A DNA stretch of 43,685 nt from a virus (IMGVR_UViG_3300045988_135432:1-43685), one strand, 5' to 3'. Counted from the stretch's first letter, positions 1-7,764 are shown. Numbers and translations are program-made. Notes: generated by a model not told the origin, from the sequence alone.

Positions 1-75
1 ATTTTTTTTGGTGGGGAGGGTCAACCGCGCCGCCTCCCCGGCAAATACACCCCCGGGGTACCCGCCGCGCCGGGG
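1..75. repeat. 75-bp terminal direct repeat; copy 1 of the end overlap of a circular or terminally redundant genome
   Basis: Bases 1-75 are identical to 43611-43685 by direct comparison. Confidence 0.95.
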
Positions 76-201
76 CTGCGACCCCGTCGAGACCACGCGA
101 AAGGGCGGAAAACAGCCCCTGAAAAGGTGTATAAAAATGCCATTTGAATTTGTGCAATGTGCTAATTCGCAAAAAATCAAGATTAAATCTCGCAAAAACC
201 C

Positions 202-230
202 TTGACAAGTAAATGCGAATGTGCTATAAT
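202..230 (+). promoter_or_regulatory. Perfect sigma70-type promoter TTGACA-17-TATAAT driving the plus-strand accessory module
   Basis: TTGACA 202-207, 17-nt spacer, TATAAT 225-230. The spacer holds the 18-mer ACAAGTAAATGCGAATGT (205-222), also present at 43578-43595. Confidence 0.75.
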
Positions 231-278
231 ATAGTCACAACAAAGGGAAAGCCCCGAGAGGGCAGAAAGAGGTACATT

Positions 279-1091
279 ATGATAACCAACGAAACCATCA
301 CCGCACGTTTCGCCGCAGACCGTCACGCCACCATCGCATGGAAGCAGCAGCTTTCCGCAGACCTTGACGTCATCGTCGCCGCATACGGCGCGGCAGACAA
401 GCCCGCCGACACCATCGCGGCCGCGGCCGCTGAAATCGGTATTGACCGTGTTCGCGCCATCATCGCGACCCTGACCGTCTACCGCGTCGCCATGTACGAT
501 CGCCGCATATCCGACGACACCGCCGCATGGGCGCAGACCATCGCGGACGCCCTGGACGCCGACGCCGCCCAGCGTGTCGGGCTGATATCCGACGCCATCC
601 ACCCGGCACACCTCGACCAGCTGGCACGCGCTGCCGCTGAGTACGTCGAGCCGGAGACCGTAGAGACCACCACCGAGACCCACGAGACTGCACCGGCAGC
701 AGAGCCGGAGACCGAGACCGCAGAGAGGGCAGCGGAGATCAACCCCATGTGCACCGACTGCATCCGCTGCGGCAGCGACTGTGACGGCACGACGTGCGAG
801 ACTTGGACGGGTTGCATTTACCGTGAGACCGCCGCACAGCGCGACATCAGGCTTTTTGACTTTTACAAGCGCCGTCTGCTGGCACTGGCGGGCGGTGAGC
901 CCCTACGCTGGGTGTGCGTGCAGTACCTGTGCAGCTTTCCCGGGCTCTCCCCCTATGACATGGGCGCAGAGCTTATGGCAGAGGGCGTGAAGATCATCTA
1001 CGACGACACAGCTATAACCCGCGCCGAAAATGCCGCAGAGCGACGGCGGGTGCAGCGTGCGTATGCAGCACGAGAGGGGGCGAGGGCATGA
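279..1091 (+). CDS. Hypothetical protein with an acidic ET-rich linker and a Cys-rich segment (CTDCIRCGSDCDGTTCETWTGC)
   Basis: ATG at 279 follows AGAAAGAGG (in frame with track ORF 213..1091). No family recognised. Confidence 0.65.
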   Translation: MITNETITARFAADRHATIAWKQQLSADLDVIVAAYGAADKPADTIAAAAAEIGIDRVRAIIATLTVYRVAMYDRRISDDTAAWAQTIADALDADAAQRVGLISDAIHPAHLDQLARAAAEYVEPETVETTTETHETAPAAEPETETAERAAEINPMCTDCIRCGSDCDGTTCETWTGCIYRETAAQRDIRLFDFYKRRLLALAGGEPLRWVCVQYLCSFPGLSPYDMGAELMAEGVKIIYDDTAITRAENAAERRRVQRAYAAREGARA

Positions 1092-1324
1092 CGGCATATC
1101 TGCCCACCTACGACGCCGGGCGCCGCGGAGCCGCTAAGATCGACTCGGCAGCATCGCGCCGACTGCCGCACGGCACCATCTTGCAGCATGGCACACTGTA
1201 CCACTGCGACGGCGTGCTATATCGCACGCACGACGCCGCCATGACGTCTTGGGATCGCTGGGCACACGTAGCAGACGCCCTGCGGATCACCGCAGACGCT
1301 TTTTACAGCATGGCGGGCAGATAA
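1088..1324 (+). CDS. Hypothetical protein (78 aa)
   Basis: ATGA overlap with the upstream stop; same operon. Confidence 0.5.
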   Translation: MTAYLPTYDAGRRGAAKIDSAASRRLPHGTILQHGTLYHCDGVLYRTHDAAMTSWDRWAHVADALRITADAFYSMAGR

Positions 1325-1385
1325 GCCCGCCACCACATACAATCGCCGCCCCGCCCGGCTACAGGCGGGAGAAAGAGAGATTATC

Positions 1386-1586
1386 ATGGCAAACATCAGC
1401 ATTAACAACGGCCGCAGCTACTGCACCCCGGCGGAGGCTATCGCCGCCGTCGGTATGGATGAGATTGCGTCCTGGATGGACGACGAGACCCGCGAGGCTG
1501 TGCACGCAGACTTGGCACCGTGCACGGAGGAGACGTTTTTGGCGGAGTATCTCCGCCGGGCGCCGTATGACCTTATTATCGGCTAA
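1386..1586 (+). CDS. Hypothetical small acidic protein (66 aa)
   Basis: ORF with an upstream GAGAAAGAGAG purine-rich SD. Confidence 0.6.
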   Translation: MANISINNGRSYCTPAEAIAAVGMDEIASWMDDETREAVHADLAPCTEETFLAEYLRRAPYDLIIG

Positions 1587-1590
1587 CCCC

Positions 1591-1619
1591 TTGACAACCG
1601 CTCGCCGGTGTGCTATACT
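1591..1619 (+). promoter_or_regulatory. Near-consensus promoter TTGACA-17-TATACT
   Basis: TTGACA 1591-1596, 17-nt spacer, TATACT 1614-1619. Confidence 0.7.
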
Positions 1620-1638
1620 GTAAGCGGGAGGTGATAGC

Positions 1639-1707
1639 GTGCTTGTAGTGCTGTATATCCTGATCGTGCCCGTGCTGATCCTGCTGGAACTCGCCCACCG
1701 TTCATAA
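1639..1707 (+). CDS. 22-aa strongly hydrophobic peptide (V/M)LVVLYILIVPVLILLELAHRS
   Basis: GTG start 6 nt after GGGAGGTG. Not in the ORF track because it is under 60 aa. Bracketed by its own promoter and terminator. Confidence 0.5.
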   Translation: MLVVLYILIVPVLILLELAHRS

Positions 1708-1712
1708 CCCCC

Positions 1713-1738
1713 GACCGCCCCGCGTGGGCGGTCTTTTT
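1713..1738 (+). terminator. Intrinsic terminator
   Basis: GACCGCCC cgcgt GGGCGGTC followed by TTTTT. Confidence 0.8.
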
Positions 1739-1849
1739 ACGCCCCTGTGGCCCGTCTGGACTGCCGAGGCTTTTTTGTGTCCGCGCTGTGACGTCCCACA
1801 AGCCCGCAGAACGTCTTGAAAGCCTCGAGAGGGTATCTATATCACCCGC

Positions 1850-2275
1850 AGTGTAAACGCCCCGCGCAGAGCCTCACAGAGCCTCGCAGCCCTATGCCCG
1901 CCGTCACCGCCTCGAGAGGGTGCGCAGCCGCCCGCGTGCCCGGCACGATCCGCCGCCGATCCGCACGCCCTCGAGGCTGCATGTCTCTGTGAGCGCCTAC
2001 AAGCCCCGTGAGCGCGTTTAATCCCTCGATATGGTAAATATACCGCCCCACCTATTTCTGCCCGTCCTGCGCCGTCTATGCGCGCCCTGGACGGTCATAT
2101 ACACCCGCCGCCCGTGCCGTTCTGCCGTCTCGAGGTGCCCCGGCAGCGCAGAAAAGGGACCGCCCCGCTCAGGCAGCCCCTCATTTTCCGCTCAATTTCC
2201 CGCCGATTTCCGAAAAATTTCCGATCCGGTTTTGAAAATCTTTTCTGCGAGTTTCAAAAACCGGATTTTTATTTT
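1850..2275 (+). ncRNA. Candidate non-coding transcript in a repeat-rich gap, ending at a strong orphan terminator
   Basis: Weak promoter TTGAAA-16-TATATC (1816-1843). Terminator stem 2224-2237 / 2252-2266 (14 bp, 1 bulge) plus TTTTTATTTT. No SD-preceded ORF. Confidence 0.25.
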
Positions 2276-2286
2276 CTCGGTTCGCA

Positions 2287-2347
2287 ATAGTCGCTGATAA
2301 TTTTTCGCGATAGTCGCTCGATAGTCGCTGACCGTCTGATAGTCGCT
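2287..2347 (+). repeat. Four direct copies of ATAGTCGCT (iteron-like array) in non-coding DNA
   Basis: Copies at 2287, 2310, 2321 and 2339; a fifth lies at 2451 inside the next gene. Confidence 0.85.
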
Positions 2348-2430
2348 GGGGCTTTCGTCATAATGCACAACACTTTTAGCAATGTGTCACTGCCAAAGTC
2401 GCTCGGCGTGTCAAAAACCTAAACTTTCGG

Positions 2431-3249
2431 TCACTTTATCGTCTTGTCCTCATAGTCGCTTTCCCTCATCCCCTGCAAATATCTTTCCTGTAGCTGCTTC
2501 GGCGTGAGGTTCGCTTCACCCATCGGATTTCGCGTAGTTTCTGGCAATTCTGCGTTATCCCGCATCCCGTAATAGCACTTCGCACGGAAGCAGTATGCTA
2601 AAAAATTCATCTTCCCGGCAACCACGAGTTTCGCATCAAAAGACTGTTGAAAATCTTTAGCTTTTTTGAGGATTTCAGGGGTGATAGCCGTGAACCCCCG
2701 CTCCGTCCCATGTATAATCGCGTTCACTTTCTGCAATCCATACCCCAGGCTCAGGCACACCTCCTCCCACACCGGCGTCCGTCCCTCGTTCGCGCAGCGG
2801 TCGTAGTAGTCGCTGATTCTCTCCGCCATTTCGTCGTCGTCCTTCACGGTTGGTTTCCGGAACTCGGTCAGCAGTTCGCGGAGAATCTGGCTCACGAATG
2901 CACGCTCGTCGTCGTTCTCCGGCGTCCAGACCTTACTCGGGAGGTACTTCGCCCTATCGGTCGTTTTCTTGTACTGCCTTGCGTCGGGCATATCCTCTTC
3001 GGGCAGCGTCAGCGCATTGACGATAGCCGCCTTATCTTTCTCGTCGACGCGCTCCGCGACGCTTTCGGCATACTCGACTGCCCGTTTCCTTGCGTAGGCG
3101 TTCGGCGGCGTCGGTGCGGCTCGTTCCTTCTTCGGCTTCGGCGGTGACTTCGGTCTGCCTCTCTTCTTCGGCGCGGGGCTGTCTGCTCCGGTCGCAGCCG
3201 CCTTGCCTTGCGCCGTGTTCTTCGCTCCGGCCTTCTTCTCTTCGTCCAT
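2431..3249 (-). CDS. terS: Terminase small subunit-like DNA-binding protein (GP3-packaging type) with an AT-hook-like N-terminal extension
   Basis: SD AAAGGAGA. The core ERISDYYDRCANEGRTPVWEEVCLSLGY ... KKAKDF ... GKMNFLAYCFRAKCYYGMRD follows the GP3/TerS pattern. RGRPKSPPKPKK lies near the N-terminus. Confidence 0.6.
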   Translation of the reverse strand: MDEEKKAGAKNTAQGKAAATGADSPAPKKRGRPKSPPKPKKERAAPTPPNAYARKRAVEYAESVAERVDEKDKAAIVNALTLPEEDMPDARQYKKTTDRAKYLPSKVWTPENDDERAFVSQILRELLTEFRKPTVKDDDEMAERISDYYDRCANEGRTPVWEEVCLSLGYGLQKVNAIIHGTERGFTAITPEILKKAKDFQQSFDAKLVVAGKMNFLAYCFRAKCYYGMRDNAELPETTRNPMGEANLTPKQLQERYLQGMRESDYEDKTIK

Positions 3250-3266
3250 GTGATCTCCTTTCGCCC

Positions 3267-3546
3267 GTTACCCCACATTACCCCTCGCCCCGAAAATGGG
3301 GTAACTGGAAAATGTCAGGTAGAATGGGCATATATTATATATGTTACCCCTGTTACCCCTGTTACCCCTATATTCTCGTATACGCGCGTACATTTTTGTG
3401 TCTATCTCAAAAAAATTTTTCTCGCGCGTATATAGCATATAAAATCGCAAAATTGGGGTAACGGGGTAACAACACCCGATTTTGCCAGGTTTTACGGGCA
3501 CTTTTCTGTTACCCCGGTGGGGTAATGGGGTGGTAACCGGGGTAAC
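3267..3546. repeat. Iteron field: about 11 copies of GGGGTAAC/GTTACCCC in both orientations around an AT-rich core
   Basis: GTTACCCC at 3267, 3343, 3352, 3361 and 3508. GGGGTAAC at 3298, 3455, 3463 and 3539. Variants at 3277 and 3519. AT-rich 3369-3454 with inverted CGTATACGCGCG / CGCGCGTATA. Confidence 0.85.
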
Positions 3547-3604
3547 TGCAAAATAAAGATACACAATATATGCCCGAAAAGTCGCTGGCAATTTGTGATT
3601 TCGT

Positions 3605-5455
3605 CTAAAATGTCAATTTCCCTTCCCCGTTGGGGCCTTCGTAAAGGCAGACACACTTCGCGAGCGCGCCGTGCACACGAACGGGGACGGTGTTCTTTTC
3701 GCCGATGCGGATGTGCCCATGATCGCGTGCCCACGACAGGAATGCCTTATAATTAAACCCGGCGTCGCTCATGATCCGGGACAGCACCGTGCCGATGATA
3801 GCGATAAACGGCTTGCCGTCCGAAATGTCCTTGTACTCGCCCCAGATTTCCCGCATAGGCATTCCGTCTTCGGCGACAAATTTCGACCGGTTCTCCGCGA
3901 TAGTCCCGTAAAGCCACTCGAGCGCCCGCTGATTGGCGTCAACGTCCTGTTTGGTCGGGAGGTATTTCGCGACGTCGGTCGCCGACAGCTGCGTGCCGGT
4001 GTGCCAGATCAGCAGCTCCGCGAGAGCATCCGCAGTGAGGATCAGCGACGCTGAGAGCGCGAGCTTTTCGGTAGTCGCTGACGCCTCAAATGCCGCGCGG
4101 CACTCTTCCTGCACCTTCTTCGCGGCTTCAAGCACCTGCGGTGTGAGCCCTTCGACGAATTCTTTCCCCGCAAAGCCCCAGTTGTGGGACAGCGTGTCGG
4201 ACAGCCCGCGATAGTCGTCAAGAAGTCGCTCATCCCCGCACGAGATTTCGATGACGCGGTTCATAGCGCCCGCGCCGGAAGAGTCGCTCGAGATCGGCAT
4301 TTCGCCGGTGGTGATGATGGTGTTCTGCCAGGATTTGATCTGCTGGAAAGACCCGTCCTTCGACCCTCGTGAGCGCCCTTGACCTTCGGCGAGCATATAG
4401 ATTATATCGTCAAAGTCGCGGCGGTTTTTGACGACTTGCAGCTCGTCCACGCAGAGGGGAGCGGAGTTGAAGAATCCCGCGGCGGTCTCAAGCCCGACGA
4501 TAGTCGAGTTGAAGTTGCGCACATACCCCTCCGACGAGTTGGGGGACGCCCAGACGGACGCGGCGAGCTTTAACAGCATAGTCTTGCCGTTTCCGGCTCT
4601 GCCCCAGACGTGCACGAAGAACGGCAGCGCGTGGAGCGGTCCGACGAGAACGGACGCGAGAGAGGCGGCGAGTACAATCCGCGCTATGGTGCTCTCGTTC
4701 CGCGCCTTCGACGCAGCCTTGAACCAGGCGTCGCGGTCTCCGTTCGGGTGGAAGGAGTCGAACACCGCCCGGAACCCGGGGGCACCGTCGAACTCGACAG
4801 AGTCGGCGTACGGCACGAATTTCCCGGAAGCCGTCCATCCGACCCGCGCGACGGAGTGGCGTTCGGGGAGTCGGTCGTAATTCCACGCCTCGAGGTCGGT
4901 AAAGTACTTGACGAGAGCTTTCGCGTTCTCGGAGTCGACAGCGATCCCGAGCCGGGCAAGGTCGATGATCTTCGCCGCCGACGCGAGGATGATCTTCTCG
5001 ACGACAACGGTCCGCCACTCTGCTGACCGCTTGAACGACACCTCGAGCCGGACCTCTCCGGAGTCGAGATTGACGAGCCGCCCGGAAATCAGGATCGGGT
5101 GCGGGCAGATAGTCGTGACCTCGCCGAGGGACGGAACGGAAACGCCCGTATCCGTACAAATGTACTTGCCGCAGTTCAGTTCGATGGGCTGTCCGGTGAA
5201 CTCGGTCGTGTTGGTATAGTCGCTCTCGTTGACCTTGCCGTCGCCGAATTCTTTCACATAGTCGCGCATTTCCGCCTTGAACCCGGGGTAGCCGATTTTG
5301 CGGGCAAATTCGTCTATTTTGACGAGTGCGCGACGATATGTAAAAGGATTCTTGTAATAGTTGCTGTAGAGCCAATTGTGCGGGACAGCGCTCTCGAAAT
5401 CCTCGAGCGTCCATGCCGGGAGTTCTTTGATTCTGGGCTCGATGATTTCAGCCAC
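3605..5455 (-). CDS. SF3-type replicative helicase, DUF927-like (primase-helicase family)
   Basis: 616 aa; Walker A GRAGNGKT and Walker B-like LCVDEL. The architecture resembles DUF927 phage/plasmid helicases. GTG start. Confidence 0.75.
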   Translation of the reverse strand: MAEIIEPRIKELPAWTLEDFESAVPHNWLYSNYYKNPFTYRRALVKIDEFARKIGYPGFKAEMRDYVKEFGDGKVNESDYTNTTEFTGQPIELNCGKYICTDTGVSVPSLGEVTTICPHPILISGRLVNLDSGEVRLEVSFKRSAEWRTVVVEKIILASAAKIIDLARLGIAVDSENAKALVKYFTDLEAWNYDRLPERHSVARVGWTASGKFVPYADSVEFDGAPGFRAVFDSFHPNGDRDAWFKAASKARNESTIARIVLAASLASVLVGPLHALPFFVHVWGRAGNGKTMLLKLAASVWASPNSSEGYVRNFNSTIVGLETAAGFFNSAPLCVDELQVVKNRRDFDDIIYMLAEGQGRSRGSKDGSFQQIKSWQNTIITTGEMPISSDSSGAGAMNRVIEISCGDERLLDDYRGLSDTLSHNWGFAGKEFVEGLTPQVLEAAKKVQEECRAAFEASATTEKLALSASLILTADALAELLIWHTGTQLSATDVAKYLPTKQDVDANQRALEWLYGTIAENRSKFVAEDGMPMREIWGEYKDISDGKPFIAIIGTVLSRIMSDAGFNYKAFLSWARDHGHIRIGEKNTVPVRVHGALAKCVCLYEGPNGEGKLTF

Positions 5456-5461
5456 GGTTTG

Positions 5462-6064
5462 TTACGTCCTTTCGTGAAATGGTGGAGGGAAAGTCTGTGC
5501 GAAACGAACAGGCGTTCTTAGCTGTTGCTCCCGTTGCAGCCCCTGCCGCATGGTCGAGATTATCTCGTCGACCGGGTAGCTGCTCGCGTCCCCGCGCTGG
5601 ATGATCTCGTCGATAGTCGCGGCGAGCGTGCGAACGCAGTTGTCGCGGAACGGAGTCGACGGAAGGTCCTGTACCTGGTGATAGAACGTTGCGAGTCGCC
5701 GGAAGTCGTCTTTTTCGCGTTCAGCCCGCCTTTTTCGTGCTTCCGCCGCGAGCTGCCGCCGCCTGATCGCCTCCGGATCAACGCCCGGGGCGATCCCGAA
5801 ATCCTCGGCGAGCTTCCGCACTGCGTCCGGGAAGGAGAGGTTAAAAATCTTCTCGACCAGTGTGATGACATCTCCGCCCGCGCCGCAGACAAAACAGTGG
5901 AAGGAGTTGTCCCGGAACGCGAGGTTGTTGTCCTTCCCGCCGTGAATAGGGCAGGGGCAGCGGTTCCCGCGGCGCTTGGATAAGTCGCCGTACCGCTCGA
6001 GCGCGTCGGGAACGGAGACGGTCGCTTTGACCGCCTCCACGTCGTAACGGGGATAGTCGCTCAT
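5462..6064 (-). CDS. CHC2 (DnaG-type) zinc-finger protein, putative primase-associated
   Basis: CPCPIHGGKDNNLAF...FHCFVCGAGGDVI motif. ATG at 6064 overlaps the upstream stop (ATGA). Confidence 0.75.
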   Translation of the reverse strand: MSDYPRYDVEAVKATVSVPDALERYGDLSKRRGNRCPCPIHGGKDNNLAFRDNSFHCFVCGAGGDVITLVEKIFNLSFPDAVRKLAEDFGIAPGVDPEAIRRRQLAAEARKRRAEREKDDFRRLATFYHQVQDLPSTPFRDNCVRTLAATIDEIIQRGDASSYPVDEIISTMRQGLQREQQLRTPVRFAQTFPPPFHERT

Positions 6065-6306
6065 GGGCTCGTCCTCCCGTCGCGGCAGGATTGCAGGAGC
6101 TCGTGGATGAACTTCCGCCTTTCTTCGCGCCCCTTCGGCGATTCCTGCCACAGCTCGATGTAGTCGAGAAGGGTTCCGTTCCCGATGCCCTCCAGCTCCG
6201 CCTCGGGAATAACCACGCGCTCCGGATAATGCGCCGCGAACCACAGAATCAGTCGGTCGCTGTTCTTCCAGTAGGTTCGCATTTTCAACAGCCTGCGGTT
6301 CATTTC
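6061..6306 (-). CDS. Hypothetical protein (81 aa)
   Basis: ATGA-coupled at both ends. Confidence 0.55.
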   Translation of the reverse strand, partial: EMNRRLLKMRTYWKNSDRLILWFAAHYPERVVIPEAELEGIGNGTLLDYIELWQESPKGREERRKFIHELLQSCRDGRTSP

Positions 6307-6764
6307 GCACCCCCCAGAATCTCGACGATCCGCCGCCCGGTGCATCGCTTGTCGCAGAACAGGAAGTCGACGCCGTAAGCGATGTGGACTTTGTAAATGC
6401 GCTCCATAAGTTCCTTCCCGCTTATCGCGTATGGAATTTTCCCCTGCATCGGATTGTGCCAGTCTTTCACGTCGCGGATCGACTTGCACCACCCGCCGTG
6501 CTCGCACAGCACGACGAGGTGGATTCCGAGTTCCTTCGCGAGTCGCACTTCACGCATGAACCGTCCGGAGTCGTTGGTGAGGTTGTTGGCCAGCTCGCTC
6601 AGATTGAATTTGCGGTCAACCGAAAGCTTAGGATTGTCAAGGCTCATATAGTCACCTACGATGAGTTTCGAGGAATAGTGCTTTATGCCTTCTCGATCGA
6701 AGTAGTCTAAAATCCTGCCGATAATATGTGCTTTTTCTCGGCTGTCGCAGATCACAGACATCAT
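6300..6764 (-). CDS. ERCC4-type (Mus81/Hef-like) nuclease
   Basis: Motifs CDSRE, GDY, VDRK...ELA and LVVLCE in ERCC4 order. SD AAGAGGTAA before ATGATG. Confidence 0.7.
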   Translation of the reverse strand: MMSVICDSREKAHIIGRILDYFDREGIKHYSSKLIVGDYMSLDNPKLSVDRKFNLSELANNLTNDSGRFMREVRLAKELGIHLVVLCEHGGWCKSIRDVKDWHNPMQGKIPYAISGKELMERIYKVHIAYGVDFLFCDKRCTGRRIVEILGGAK

Positions 6765-6768
6765 ACGC

Positions 6769-7302
6769 TTACCTCTTTTTACCACCGACAATGGAAGAGA
6801 TATGGGAAGCGCTGATACCTGACATTCGTGCAAGTTCCGACGTGGTCATTTCTCCGCCGTTGCGTTTATGGTGATTTCTAACCCACTCAACAAGTTCATC
6901 ACTGAACTTGCTCTGCGGATTCTTTATTCCGGCGGTGCAACCGTTCTTTGAACCATAGTTGTTGTTATATTTGTGATCGCACCATTCCAGATTACTGGCG
7001 CGGTTGTTCGTTTTATCCTCGTCCTTGTGGTTGACTTCATTTAGCCCGGCTACTGTAGGCAAAAATGCCTTTGCTACAAGGCGATGAACGTTTACGCTTT
7101 TTTGCCGACCGTCTTTGTACAGGGAAACATGAAGATAATTTTTCCCACCATCATAGCACGGTTTACAAACGCAAGAAGGATGATGGCGCCCCATAGAATC
7201 AATCCTGTCTATGCTGCGAACTCGCCCCTCGGAGCTCACCTCATATATATTTTCGTACCCCTCTACTGGTTTCCATATTTCGTTATTCATTGTCTCTGTC
7301 AT
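6769..7302 (-). CDS. HNH homing endonuclease (NUMOD4 + HNH_3 + C-terminal HTH)
   Basis: EIWKPVEGYENIYEVSSEGRVRS, VHRLVAKAF, NHKDEDKTNNRASNLEW. Confidence 0.85.
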   Translation of the reverse strand: MTETMNNEIWKPVEGYENIYEVSSEGRVRSIDRIDSMGRHHPSCVCKPCYDGGKNYLHVSLYKDGRQKSVNVHRLVAKAFLPTVAGLNEVNHKDEDKTNNRASNLEWCDHKYNNNYGSKNGCTAGIKNPQSKFSDELVEWVRNHHKRNGGEMTTSELARMSGISASHISSIVGGKKR

Positions 7303-7314
7303 ATTTCACCCACC

Positions 7315-7764
7315 TCAGAACGGCAGCACGTCGCCCTCAGGCAGCACCTCAAAGTTGGGAACGTCCTGAGACGCGCCAGGAGCGTCCGTGACGGTCGTTC
7401 TCGCCTGAGGGGTATAGTTGCCCGCCTGATAGTTTCCCGCGCCCTGAGCGCCGCCCTTCGCGCCGCAGAAGTGGCACTTGTCGACGTCGCAGATTATCAT
7501 GGAGCGTTTCTGTCCCTGATCGTCCGTCCACGAGTTGGTGATGAGCCGCCCCTCGACGATGACCTGATCGCCTTTGTGGAAGTATTTCGGCAAGAATTCC
7601 GCCGTCGTTCTCCATGCGCGGCATTTCAGGAAGCAGGTCGATTCGACCTCCTTGTACTTTTCGCTCCATGCGACGTCGAAGTTGCAGTAGCTGACGCCGC
7701 TCTGTGTCTGTTTCAGCTCCGGGTCGGCGGTGAATCTGCCCTGAAAAGTGACTTTGTTCAGCAT
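7315..7764 (-). CDS. ssb: Single-stranded DNA-binding protein
   Basis: OB-fold N-terminus, Gly/Gln-rich linker, acidic tip ending DVLPF. Confidence 0.9.
   Translation of the reverse strand: MLNKVTFQGRFTADPELKQTQSGVSYCNFDVAWSEKYKEVESTCFLKCRAWRTTAEFLPKYFHKGDQVIVEGRLITNSWTDDQGQKRSMIICDVDKCHFCGAKGGAQGAGNYQAGNYTPQARTTVTDAPGASQDVPNFEVLPEGDVLPF

Noticed and set aside
8-205. 65-aa ORF in the junction intergenic region
   Set aside because: It has no SD, lies upstream of the promoter rather than downstream, and has a GC-rich hairpin-laden sequence. It is more likely regulatory DNA.
2031-2297. 88-aa and 70-aa plus-strand ORFs in the 1740-2430 gap
   Set aside because: They have no SD, a Pro/Arg/Ser-rich composition, and run through the terminator hairpin and the ATAGTCGCT array. 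I treat the region as non-coding.
3343-3368. Possible CRISPR-like arrays (GTTACCCC x3, and the 11-bp repeats at 42399-42431 and 42527-42559)
   Set aside because: The repeat units are only 8-11 bp with 0-1 nt between them, there are no unique spacers, and no cas genes are present. They are iteron-type or binding-site repeats.
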